Shown here: positions 6,956-17,300 of the stretch, in pieces
Layout: the number at the start of each line of letters is the position of its first letter
How positions within the stretch are numbered: position 1 is the stretch's first letter
The notes under the pieces: model-generated
Database searches by the model: none
Told to the model about the DNA's origin: nothing
The model's input: the letters and a program-made list of their open reading frames with translations, nothing else
Assembly: GCA_001771975.1 (NCBI GenBank)
Contig: MERE01000180.1
Span: 1-44,419 of the forward strand
Source of the DNA: Betaproteobacteria bacterium RIFCSPLOWO2_02_FULL_68_150
Lineage (GTDB): Bacteria > Pseudomonadota > Gammaproteobacteria > Burkholderiales > SG8-39
Length of the DNA stretch: 44,419 nt
Reading direction: 5' to 3'
Translations under genes and position numbers: made by a program

Positions 6956-9280
6956 GTGCCAGACAGCAAGACGCGAGCGGGCGCCCAGACGGGCGCGTTG
7001 CCGGAGCCGGGCGGCGCAGGCCGCGCGTCCGGTAAGGGCGGCGACCGCAGACGCCTGAAACTGCTCGAGCTGTTGCTCGACGTTTCGCGCCGCATGGCGC
7101 GTTTCGGCACGCTCGACGAAGTGCTGCACGGGTTGATCGAGATGACGGCGACGGAACTCGACGCCGAGCGCGGCTCGCTGTTCCTCAACGATGCCGCCAC
7201 CGGCGAGCTGTATTCGCGCGTCGCCAAGGGCAAGCTGCGGCGCGAGCTGCGCCTGATGAACAACACCGGCATCGCCGGGCATGTGTTCAGCACCGGTGAG
7301 CCGCTGATCGTGCACGACGCCTATGCCGACGCGCGCTTCAACCGGGCGATCGACGAGCAGACCGGGTTCAAGACGCGCAACATTCTTTGCGTGCCGGTGC
7401 GCACGGTGACGGGCGAGATCATCGGCGTGGTCGAGGCGCTCAACAAGCGCAAGGGCAAGTTCAAGCGGCGCGATCTGGACCTGCTCGAGGCGATGACCGC
7501 GCAGGGCGCGCTCGCGCTGCAGGGCGCGCAGGTGATCGAGCGCATGCAGCAGATCCGCGCCCAGGAGCGCGAATTCGTCGAAGTGGTGTCCGAGGTCACC
7601 GCTGACATCAAGCTCGGGTCGCTGCTGCAGCGCGTGATGGGCGAGGCGACGCGCATGCTGAACGCCGAGCGCTCGACCCTGTTCCTGAACGACGACAAGA
7701 CCGGCGAGCTGTGGTCCGAAGTGAGCCAGGGGCTGGAGTCGATGCAGATCCGGCTGCCGAACAGCGTCGGCATCGCCGGCGCGGTGTTCACGAGCGGAAG
7801 ATCGATCAACATCCCGTATGCCTACGCCGATCTGCGCTTCAACCCGGCGTTCGACCAGAAGACCGGCTACTTCACGCGCTCGGTGCTGTGCGTGCCGATC
7901 GTCAACAAGCAGGGCCGCACGATCGGCGTGACGCAGGTGCTGAACAAGCACGGCGGGCCGTTCAGCGAGGAGGACGAGACGCGGCTGCGCGCGTTTACGG
8001 CGCAGATCTCGATCGCGCTGGAGAACGCGAAGCTCTTCGCCGACGTGCAGAACATGAAGAACTACAGCGACTCGATGCTCGAATCGATGTCGAACGGCGT
8101 CATCACGCTGGACGACACCGGCCGCATCGCGACCTGCAATGCCGCCGGCCTGCGCATCCTGCAGCTGCGCGCGGACGACATCGTCGGCCACCCGGCGGCG
8201 GAATTCTTCGCCGGCGACAATGGCTGGGTGCTCGACAAGTTGAGGCGCGTCGTGGAGACCGGCGAGATCGACGTTTCGGTCGATGCGGCGCTCGCCGTGC
8301 GCACGGAGCGCATTTCCACCAACCTCACGCTGCTGCCGCTGCTCAGCACCGACGCCAAGCGCCTCGGCTCGATGATGCTGATCGAGGACATCAGCAACGA
8401 GAAGCGCCTCAAGTCGACCATGGCGCGCTACATGGACCCGGGCATCGCCGACCAGCTGCTGGCGAGCGGCGCCGAAGCGCTCGGCGGGCAGTCGCTGCTG
8501 GCGACGGTGCTGTTCGCCGACATCCGCAACTTCACCACCTTCAGCGAGCAGCTCGGGCCGCAGGGCACGATCGCCTTCCTGAACGAGTATTTCGAGCTGA
8601 TGGTCGAGTGCATCCAGCGCGAGGGCGGCATGCTCGACAAGTTCATCGGCGACGCCATCATGGCGGGGTTCGGCGTGCCGGTGCCGCGCGAGGACGACGT
8701 CGACCGCGGCGTGCGCGCCGCGATCGCGATGATGCGGGCGCTGCGGGCCTGGAACGAGCGCCGCGCCGCCGAGGCCAAGCCCGCGGTGGACATCGGCATC
8801 GGCCTCAATACCGACCAGGTCGTCTCCGGCAACATCGGCTCGAAGAAGCGCATGGACTTCACCATGATCGGCGACGGCGTCAACCTCGCCTCGCGCCTGG
8901 AATCGGCCTGCAAGCAGTACGGTTCGCACATCCTGGTGAGCGAGTTCACCTACGAGAAGCTGCGCGGCACCTACCGGGCGCGCAAGCTCGACCGCATCGT
9001 GGTCAAGGGCAAGACGCAGCCGGTGGCGGTCCACGAAATCCTCGAGTACCACGACGACGCCTCGTACCCGCAGTTGAGCGAGGCGCTCGGCATCTTCCGC
9101 GACGCGATGAAGAAGTACCGCCAGCGCGAGTTCGCCGCCGCCGCCGGCCTGTTCGAAAAGGTCGTCGCGATCAATCCGCGCGACCGCGCCGCGGCGCTTT
9201 ATGTCGAGCGTTGTGCGCGGCTTGGCGCGAATCCCCCGGGGGAGGATTGGGACGGGGTGTGGCGGCTCGAAGCCAAGTGA
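6956..9280 (+). CDS. GAF-GAF-PAS sensor class III adenylate/guanylate cyclase with a TPR-like C-terminal tail
   Basis: 774 aa, GTG start. Two GAF-like blocks (..ERGSLFLNDAATGELYSRVA..CVPV.. and ..ERSTLFLNDDKTGELWSEVS..CVPI..). PAS-like block (MLESMSNGVITLDDTGRIATCNAAG). Cyclase domain: ATVLFADIRNFTTFSE..LDKFIGDAIMAGFG..IGLNTDQVVSGNIGSKKRMDFTMIGDGVNLASRLE. Confidence 0.9.
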   Translation: MPDSKTRAGAQTGALPEPGGAGRASGKGGDRRRLKLLELLLDVSRRMARFGTLDEVLHGLIEMTATELDAERGSLFLNDAATGELYSRVAKGKLRRELRLMNNTGIAGHVFSTGEPLIVHDAYADARFNRAIDEQTGFKTRNILCVPVRTVTGEIIGVVEALNKRKGKFKRRDLDLLEAMTAQGALALQGAQVIERMQQIRAQEREFVEVVSEVTADIKLGSLLQRVMGEATRMLNAERSTLFLNDDKTGELWSEVSQGLESMQIRLPNSVGIAGAVFTSGRSINIPYAYADLRFNPAFDQKTGYFTRSVLCVPIVNKQGRTIGVTQVLNKHGGPFSEEDETRLRAFTAQISIALENAKLFADVQNMKNYSDSMLESMSNGVITLDDTGRIATCNAAGLRILQLRADDIVGHPAAEFFAGDNGWVLDKLRRVVETGEIDVSVDAALAVRTERISTNLTLLPLLSTDAKRLGSMMLIEDISNEKRLKSTMARYMDPGIADQLLASGAEALGGQSLLATVLFADIRNFTTFSEQLGPQGTIAFLNEYFELMVECIQREGGMLDKFIGDAIMAGFGVPVPREDDVDRGVRAAIAMMRALRAWNERRAAEAKPAVDIGIGLNTDQVVSGNIGSKKRMDFTMIGDGVNLASRLESACKQYGSHILVSEFTYEKLRGTYRARKLDRIVVKGKTQPVAVHEILEYHDDASYPQLSEALGIFRDAMKKYRQREFAAAAGLFEKVVAINPRDRAAALYVERCARLGANPPGEDWDGVWRLEAK

Positions 9281-9283
9281 CGG

Positions 9284-9907
9284 ATGGTGCGCTCCCAATC
9301 GAGCCGGCGATGGCTGCAACGGCACGTCGCTGACCCTTTCGTGCGGCGCGCGCGCGAGGCCGGCTACCGCTCGCGCGCGGCCTTCAAGCTGCTCGAGATC
9401 GACGACCGCGAGCGCCTGCTGCGCCAGGGCGCGAAGGTGGTCGACCTGGGCGCGGCGCCCGGGGGCTGGTCGCAGGTCGCCGCCGAGCGGGTGAAGCCCG
9501 GCGGCCGCGTGATCGCGGTTGATCTGCTCGAAATCGCCCCCATCTCCGGAGTGACCGTGTTGCGCGGGGATTTCTGCGCTGCGGCGGTAGAGGAAGCGAT
9601 CGTCGCCGCTCTGGGCGGTGGCAAGGCGGATGTGGTGCTCTCGGACCTGTCGCCGAACCTGTCCGGGATCGCCTCGGCCGACCAGGCGCGCGCCGCCGTG
9701 TTGCTGCGCGGCGCGATCGCGTTTTGCCGGCGGCAGCTCAAACCCGGCGGCGCATTTCTGGCGAAGGTGTTCCAGGGCGAGGAGTTCGCCAGCGTGCTGA
9801 CGGCGCTGAAGGCGGTGTTCCGGGAGGTGCGCACGCGCAAGCCCGCAGCATCGCGCGGCGAATCGAGGGAAACCTATTTGCTCGCCCGCGGTCTGATAGA
9901 GCCTTGA
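9284..9907 (+). CDS. rlmE: 23S rRNA (uridine2552-2'-O)-methyltransferase RlmE/FtsJ
   Basis: 207 aa. SSRRWLQRHVADPFVRRAREAGYRSRAAFKLLEIDDR..VVDLGAAPGGWSQV..VLSDLSPNLSG. Conserved position immediately upstream of ftsH. Confidence 0.93.
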   Translation: MVRSQSSRRWLQRHVADPFVRRAREAGYRSRAAFKLLEIDDRERLLRQGAKVVDLGAAPGGWSQVAAERVKPGGRVIAVDLLEIAPISGVTVLRGDFCAAAVEEAIVAALGGGKADVVLSDLSPNLSGIASADQARAAVLLRGAIAFCRRQLKPGGAFLAKVFQGEEFASVLTALKAVFREVRTRKPAASRGESRETYLLARGLIEP

Positions 9908-9981
9908 AGGGAAAGCCTTTTTTCTCTGCGAAAACGGCGTAAGATGATGCGTCCGCGAGTTTCTGAAGAAGGAGCAAGTGC

Positions 9982-11868
<1,887 letters not shown>

Positions 11869-11941
11869 ATCCGGTATTTCCCAGGCCGGCGGGCAGCTGA
11901 GCTGTGGACGCTTCGAGCTGCCGCTCGAGCGCCCGCTCGTC

Positions 11942-12715
11942 ATGGGCGTGCTCAACGTCACGCCCGATTCGTTCTCCGACGGCGGCCGCTATTTCGGCGG
12001 CGCGCGAGCCGTTGCGCGGGCCTTTGCCATGGTCGAGGAAGGTGCGGACCTGATCGACATCGGCGGCGAGTCGACGCGGCCCGGGTCGGCGCCGGTGGCG
12101 GAGGCGGAGGAGCTGCGGCGCGTCCTGCCGGTGCTCGAAGCGCTGCACGCGGTGCCGATTCCGCTCTCGGTGGACACGCGGCGCCCAGGCGTCATGCGCG
12201 CGGCGCTCGCGGCGGGCGCCTCGATGGTGAACGACGTCGAGGCGCTCGGCGCGCCCGGTGCGCTCGAGGCGGTTGCGTCCAGCGCTTGCGCGGTATGTCT
12301 GATGCACATGCAGGGGCGGCCCGCCACCATGCAGCAGGCGCCGCATTACGCCGACGTCGTGGGCGAAGTGAAGGAATTCCTCGGCCGGCGTCTCGACGCC
12401 TGCGAAGCGGCGGGAATCGCGCGCGCTCGCCTGGTGATCGATCCGGGGTTCGGTTTCGGCAAGGCCCTGGCGCACAATGTCGTCCTGCTGCAGCGCCTCG
12501 GCGAGCTGGCTGCGCTCGGCGTACCGGTGCTCGCGGGGCTGTCGCGCAAGTCGATGCTCGGCGCGATCCTCGGACGGCCCGCGGCCGATCGAACCGCGGC
12601 GAGCCTCGCCGCCGCTTTGCTCGCCGCGCAGCAAGGAGCGAAAATACTGCGCGTCCACGACATCCGGGAGACCCGCGACGCGCTCGCCGTCTGGCAGGCG
12701 CTCGCCACGCCATGA
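11942..12715 (+). CDS. folP: Dihydropteroate synthase
   Basis: 257 aa from the first ATG: [32 protein letters not shown].. The family-conserved N-terminal peptide [15 protein letters not shown] is encoded in frame upstream (11897..11941), but that stretch has no ATG/GTG/TTG (see findings). Confidence 0.92.
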   Translation: MGVLNVTPDSFSDGGRYFGGARAVARAFAMVEEGADLIDIGGESTRPGSAPVAEAEELRRVLPVLEALHAVPIPLSVDTRRPGVMRAALAAGASMVNDVEALGAPGALEAVASSACAVCLMHMQGRPATMQQAPHYADVVGEVKEFLGRRLDACEAAGIARARLVIDPGFGFGKALAHNVVLLQRLGELAALGVPVLAGLSRKSMLGAILGRPAADRTAASLAAALLAAQQGAKILRVHDIRETRDALAVWQALATP

Positions 12716-13950
12716 GCAGATCGTATTTCGGCACCGACGGCATCCGCGGCACCGTAGGCGCAGCCCCGATGACACCGGAGGTGGTGCTGCGCCTCGGTTA
12801 CGCTGCCGGCAAGGTGCTCGCCGGCCGCGACGGCCAGCATCCGGCGGTCCTCATCGGCAAGGACACGCGCATCTCCGGCTACATGATCGAGGCGGGGATC
12901 GTGATCAGCGCGTCGCACAACCCCTACCCGGACAACGGCATCAAGTTCTTCTCCGGCGACGGCTACAAGCTGCCCGACGCGGTGGAGGCGGAAATCGAGC
13001 GCGCGCTCGACGCGCCGATGGGCTGCAACGAAGCGGCCAGCCTCGGGCGGGCGCGGCGCATCGACGATGCGCAGGGCCGCTACGTCGAATTCTGCAAGTC
13101 GACCTTTCCGGGCGAGCTCGACCTGAAGGGGATGCGCATCGTGGTCGACTGCGCCCAGGGCGCCGCCTATGACGTGGCGCCGCACGTGTTCCATGAACTC
13201 GGCGCCGATGTCGTGCCGATCGGGGTGGCGCCCGACGGCGTCAACATCAACCAGGCCTTCGGCGCCACCTCGCCGCAGACGCTGCTCGACGAAGTGAAGC
13301 GGCAGCACGCCGACCTGGGGCTCGCGCTCGACGGCGACGGCGACCGCCTCGTGATCGCCGATCGCGAGGGCAGGCTCTACGACGGCGATCAGCTGCTCTA
13401 CGCGATCGTGAAGCACCGGGCGGCAGCCAACCGCATCGCCGGCGTCGCCGGCACGCTGATGACCAATCTCGGCTTCGAGCAGGCGCTTGCCCGCATGCAG
13501 CTGCCGTTCGCACGCGCGCGGGTGGGCGATCGCTACGTGCTCGAGCTGCTGCGGGAGAAGGGCTGGCAGCTGGGCGGAGAGAACTCGGGCCATATCATCT
13601 GCCTGGACAAGCATACGACCGGAGACGGCATCATCTCCGCGCTGCAGGTGCTCACCGCGATGCGCGAGCGCGGCCGCACGCTCGCCGAACTGACCGCGGA
13701 TCTGGTGATGCTCCCGCAGGTGCTGCTCAACGTCGAGGTGCCGCGCGGCTTCGACTGGAAGCAGCATGCGGCGATCGCCGCGGCGCAGTCCCGGGCCGAG
13801 CGTTCGCTCGAGGGCCGCGGCCGGGTCCTGCTGCGGCCCTCGGGCACCGAGCCCGTGCTGCGCGTGATGGTCGAGGGCGAGCCCCGCGAGGCGATCGACG
13901 CGGCCGCCCGGGAGATCGCCGCAGCGGTGCGTCAGGCAACGGGGACTTGA
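12712..13950 (+). CDS. glmM: Phosphoglucosamine mutase, unusually short (in-frame internal deletion relative to canonical GlmM)
   Basis: The start ATG overlaps the folP stop (ATGA 12712..12715). [16 protein letters not shown].., phosphoserine loop [29 protein letters not shown]. It is 412 aa, against 445 aa for E. coli GlmM. Track ORF 12286..13950 is an N-terminal over-extension. Confidence 0.9.
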   Translation: MSRSYFGTDGIRGTVGAAPMTPEVVLRLGYAAGKVLAGRDGQHPAVLIGKDTRISGYMIEAGIVISASHNPYPDNGIKFFSGDGYKLPDAVEAEIERALDAPMGCNEAASLGRARRIDDAQGRYVEFCKSTFPGELDLKGMRIVVDCAQGAAYDVAPHVFHELGADVVPIGVAPDGVNINQAFGATSPQTLLDEVKRQHADLGLALDGDGDRLVIADREGRLYDGDQLLYAIVKHRAAANRIAGVAGTLMTNLGFEQALARMQLPFARARVGDRYVLELLREKGWQLGGENSGHIICLDKHTTGDGIISALQVLTAMRERGRTLAELTADLVMLPQVLLNVEVPRGFDWKQHAAIAAAQSRAERSLEGRGRVLLRPSGTEPVLRVMVEGEPREAIDAAAREIAAAVRQATGT

Positions 13951-13960
13951 TCGAAATCAA
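13947..13960. promoter_or_regulatory. Perfect FNR/CRP-family palindrome TTGAT-CGAA-ATCAA upstream of frdA
   Basis: Read directly: ggggacTTGATCGAAATCAAattgg. Both half-sites match the FNR consensus TTGAT-N4-ATCAA. It overlaps the glmM stop codon, and its centre is 43.5 nt upstream of the frdA ATG. Confidence 0.6.
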
Positions 13961-13996
13961 ATTGGCCGTGGCTATCTTGCCCAACATGTCGCCACG

Positions 13997-15760
13997 ATGG
14001 AATCAGTCCAGTCCGACGTAGCCATAGTCGGCGCGGGGGGCGCGGGTTTGCGCGCCGCGATCGCGCTGGCGCAGTCCGATCCGAAACTCCGGATCGCCTT
14101 GATCTCGAAGGTCTATCCGATGCGCAGCCACACCTGCGCGGCCGAAGGCGGTGCCGCGGGGGTGATCAAGCCCGACGACAGCCTCGAGCATCATTTCAAC
14201 GACACCGTGGGCGGCGGCGACTGGCTGTGCGACCAGGACGCGGTCGACTATCTGGTGCAGGAGGCGCCCAAGGAGCTGATCCAGCTCGAGCACTGGGGCT
14301 GCCCCTGGAGCCGCGAGCCGGACGGCTCGGTGGCGGTGCGGCCCTTTGGCGGCATGAAGAAGCAGCGTACCTGGTTCGCCGCCGACAAGTCGGGCTTCCA
14401 CATCCTGCACACGCTGTTCCAGACCTCGCTGCAGTTCGCCTCGATCGAGCGCTTCGACGAGTATTACGTCACCGAGCTGCTGGTGCACGAGGGGCGCTGC
14501 GCCGGTGTGGTCGCGATCGAGATGCGCAGCGGCCAGATGCGGCGCTTCGATGCCCGCGCGCTGATCATCGCCGGCGGCGGCGCCGGCCGCATGTTCCCGT
14601 TCACCACCAACGGCGCCATCAAGACCGGCGACGGCATGGCGCTCGCCTACCGCGCCGGTGTCGCGCTGAAGGACATGGAGTTCGTGCAGTACCACCCCAC
14701 CGGGCTGCCGAGCACCGGCACGCTGCTGACCGAGGCCTGCCGCGGCGAAGGCGGCGTGCTGCTGAACAAGAACGGACGCCGCTTCCTGCAGGATTACGGC
14801 ATGGGTCCGGAGACGCCGCTCGGCAAGCCGGTCTTCAAGACGATGGAACTCGGCCCGCGCGACCGCGTCAGCCAGGCGTTCTGGCAGGAGCAGAAAAAAG
14901 GCAACATGATGCCGACGCAATGGGGCGACGCCATGCTGCTCGACATGCGCCATCTCGGCGAGAAGACGATCAACGAGCGGCTGCCGCTGGTGCGCGACAT
15001 GTCGATCAGCTACATGGGCGTCGACCCGGTCACCGACCCGGTGCCGGTGCGGCCGGTGGTGCATTACATGATGGGCGGCATCGACACCGACACGCGCGCA
15101 GCAACGCGCCTGCCGGGGCTGTTCGCCGCCGGCGAATGCGCCTGTGTCAGCATCAACGGCGCCAACCGTCTGGGCTCGAACTCGCTCACCGAGCTGCTGG
15201 TATTCGGGCGGCGCGCGGCGCTGAGCGCGCTGGAGTACGTCAAAGCGGGCGCGGCGCCGGTGAACGAGGGCGCGCGCGCGGCGCTGGCCACTGCGGCGCA
15301 GGGGCGCCTGCGTGAGCTGATGCAAAGGAGCGGCAGCGGCGAAACCGTTGCGGGCTTGCGCAAGGAGATGATGCAGACGATGGAGCAGAACGCGGGCATT
15401 TACCGCACCAGCGAAGGCCTCACCGAGGCCTGCGCCAAGCTCTCCGAGCTGCGCCGGCGCTATGCACGCATCGAGCTGCACGACAAGACCAACGTTTACA
15501 ACACCGACCTGCTGCAGGCGCTCGAGCTGGGCTCGATGCTCGATTGCGCCGAGGCGGTGACGCAGAGCGCGCTGGCGCGCCAGGAGTCGCGCGGCGCGCA
15601 CCAGCGACTCGATTTCACCGCGCGCGACGACGTCAAGTTCCTGCGCCATTCGCTGGCGCTCTACGCGCAGAACGAGCCGCCCCGCATCGACTATCGCGAC
15701 GTCGTCATCACCCGGTCGCAGCCGGGCGTGCGCGACTACTCGGGCGGGGGAGGCAAGTGA
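13997..15760 (+). CDS. frdA: Fumarate reductase flavoprotein subunit
   Basis: 587 aa. Near-colinear with E. coli FrdA as recalled: DVAIVGAGGAGLRAAIA..ISKVYPMRSHTCAAEGG..GGDWLCDQD..HWGCPWSR..RTWFAADKSGFHILHTLFQTSLQF..MEFVQYHPTGLP..CRGEGG..LQDYGMGPETPLG. Confidence 0.95.
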   Translation: MESVQSDVAIVGAGGAGLRAAIALAQSDPKLRIALISKVYPMRSHTCAAEGGAAGVIKPDDSLEHHFNDTVGGGDWLCDQDAVDYLVQEAPKELIQLEHWGCPWSREPDGSVAVRPFGGMKKQRTWFAADKSGFHILHTLFQTSLQFASIERFDEYYVTELLVHEGRCAGVVAIEMRSGQMRRFDARALIIAGGGAGRMFPFTTNGAIKTGDGMALAYRAGVALKDMEFVQYHPTGLPSTGTLLTEACRGEGGVLLNKNGRRFLQDYGMGPETPLGKPVFKTMELGPRDRVSQAFWQEQKKGNMMPTQWGDAMLLDMRHLGEKTINERLPLVRDMSISYMGVDPVTDPVPVRPVVHYMMGGIDTDTRAATRLPGLFAAGECACVSINGANRLGSNSLTELLVFGRRAALSALEYVKAGAAPVNEGARAALATAAQGRLRELMQRSGSGETVAGLRKEMMQTMEQNAGIYRTSEGLTEACAKLSELRRRYARIELHDKTNVYNTDLLQALELGSMLDCAEAVTQSALARQESRGAHQRLDFTARDDVKFLRHSLALYAQNEPPRIDYRDVVITRSQPGVRDYSGGGGK

Positions 15761-16503
15761 TGGGCGAGCGCCAAGTCGAGCTGGAGGTCCTGCGCTACAA
15801 CCCGGAGACCGACCGCGAGCCGCATTTTCAGCGCTATTCGGTCGCCTGCCGGGAAGAGTGGGTGGTGCTGGACGCCCTCAACCACGTCAAGGAGACGCTC
15901 GACCCGACGCTCAGCTACCGCTGGTCGTGCCACATGGCGGTGTGCGGCAGCTGCGGCATGATGGTCAACGGCGAGCCGAAGCTCGCCTGCAAGACCTTCC
16001 TGCGCAACTACCACGGCGTCATCCGCGTCGAGCCATTGCGCCATTTCCCGATCGAGCGGGACCTCGTGACCGTGATCGACGATTTCGTCGCCAAGCTGAC
16101 GCGCGTCAAGCCGTACCTGATTCCCAAGGAACCGAAGTCGGTCGAGGCGGGCGAGTACCGCCAGACGCCGGCGCAGTTGAAGCGCTACAAGCAGTTCACC
16201 CTGTGCATCAACTGCATGCTGTGCTACGCCGCCTGCCCCGAATACGGACTGATCCCGGACTACCTTGGCCCGGCGGCGCTCTCGCTCGCACACCGCTACA
16301 ACCAGGATTCGCGCGACGGCGGCCGCGGGGAGCGGCAGGAGGAGCTCGCGTCGAAGGAGGGCGTGTGGGAGTGCTCGTTCGTCGGCGCGTGCTCGGAAGT
16401 CTGTCCCGAGCACGTCGATCCGGCGGCCGCGATCCAGCAGGTGAAGATCAGGAGCACGCTGGACTGGTACCAGGAGCACTTGATGCCATGGCTGAAGAAA
16501 TGA
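15760..16503 (+). CDS. frdB: Fumarate reductase iron-sulfur subunit
   Basis: The ATG overlaps the frdA stop (TGATG). MGERQVELEVLRYNPETD.., 2Fe-2S cysteines SCHMAVCGSCGMMVNG, and 4Fe/3Fe clusters CINCMLCYAACP and CSFVGACSEVCP. Track ORF 15544..16503 is over-extended. Confidence 0.93.
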   Translation: MGERQVELEVLRYNPETDREPHFQRYSVACREEWVVLDALNHVKETLDPTLSYRWSCHMAVCGSCGMMVNGEPKLACKTFLRNYHGVIRVEPLRHFPIERDLVTVIDDFVAKLTRVKPYLIPKEPKSVEAGEYRQTPAQLKRYKQFTLCINCMLCYAACPEYGLIPDYLGPAALSLAHRYNQDSRDGGRGERQEELASKEGVWECSFVGACSEVCPEHVDPAAAIQQVKIRSTLDWYQEHLMPWLKK

Positions 16504-16889
16504 ACGGCAAGCCGTACGTACGCCCGATCACCTCGGAGTGGATCTTCCGGCACCCGCGCTACCTGCGCTACATGACGCGCGAATTTTCATGCCTCTTCAT
16601 CGGCGGCTACACGCTGCTGCTGATAGCGGGCCTGAAGAGTCTTTCGGAAGGCCGCGCAGCCTACGACGCATTCCTCGAGGCTCTCAAGAGCCCGGCGAGC
16701 ATCGTGTTCCAGGTCGTTGCGCTCGCGTTCGCCGCTTATCACAGCGTGACCTGGTTCGCGCTCACGCCGAAGGCGCTGCCGCTGCAGCTGGGCGAGGAGT
16801 TCGTGTCCGATGGCGCGATTTCCGGGGCGCACTACGTGGTCTGGGCCGTGTTGTCGCTGGGCATCTGGGTCCTTGCCGGAGCGTTCTGA
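16500..16889 (+). CDS. frdC: Fumarate reductase membrane anchor subunit C
   Basis: MNGKPYVRPITSEWIFRHPRYLRYMTREFS.. parallels E. coli FrdC ([29 protein letters not shown]). Three TM helices. ATGA overlap with the frdB stop. An alternative ATG lies at 16488. Confidence 0.85.
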   Translation: MNGKPYVRPITSEWIFRHPRYLRYMTREFSCLFIGGYTLLLIAGLKSLSEGRAAYDAFLEALKSPASIVFQVVALAFAAYHSVTWFALTPKALPLQLGEEFVSDGAISGAHYVVWAVLSLGIWVLAGAF

Positions 16890-16891
16890 CC

Positions 16892-17233
16892 ATGGCGAAA
16901 TCGAACAAGCCAATCGTTTGGGGTCCCTTCGCCGCGGGCGGGACGGTGACCGCTTTCGTGACTCCGGCGCTCATCGTGCTGACGCTGCTGGTGGCGCTCG
17001 GGGCGACCCCCGAGCTGCTGCAATACGACGCCCTGCTGGCGTTCATGCGGCATGGACTGGTCGAGGTGGTGGCCGCAGGCGTGGTCTTCGTTTCGCTCTG
17101 GAGCGCCGCGCACCGCCTGCGCATCACGTGCTACGACCTGGGCGTGAGGGCCGACACGCTGGTGGCGACAGTGGTGTACGCCGTGGCGCTCGCCGGCACC
17201 GCCGCTGCGATCGTGTACCTGTCGAGGCTTTAG
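16892..17233 (+). CDS. frdD: Fumarate reductase membrane anchor subunit D
   Basis: 113 aa. MAKSNKPIVWGPFAAGGTVTAFVTPALIVL.. parallels E. coli FrdD ([25 protein letters not shown]). Three TM helices. Confidence 0.85.
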   Translation: MAKSNKPIVWGPFAAGGTVTAFVTPALIVLTLLVALGATPELLQYDALLAFMRHGLVEVVAAGVVFVSLWSAAHRLRITCYDLGVRADTLVATVVYAVALAGTAAAIVYLSRL

Positions 17234-17237
17234 GGTG

Positions 17238-17265
17238 TTGACAGGTCGGGGCGCCGGCCTAAACT
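17238..17265 (+). promoter_or_regulatory. Sigma70-like promoter: TTGACA - 16 nt - TAAACT
   Basis: A consensus -35 (17238..17243) and a 4/6 -10 (17260..17265) sit in the 60-nt gap after frdD. They are followed by the GAAGGAGG SD and the ATG at 17301. Confidence 0.5.
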
Positions 17266-17300
17266 TGGCGCGCACAACTTTCTGAAGGAGGGTGCGGGAG

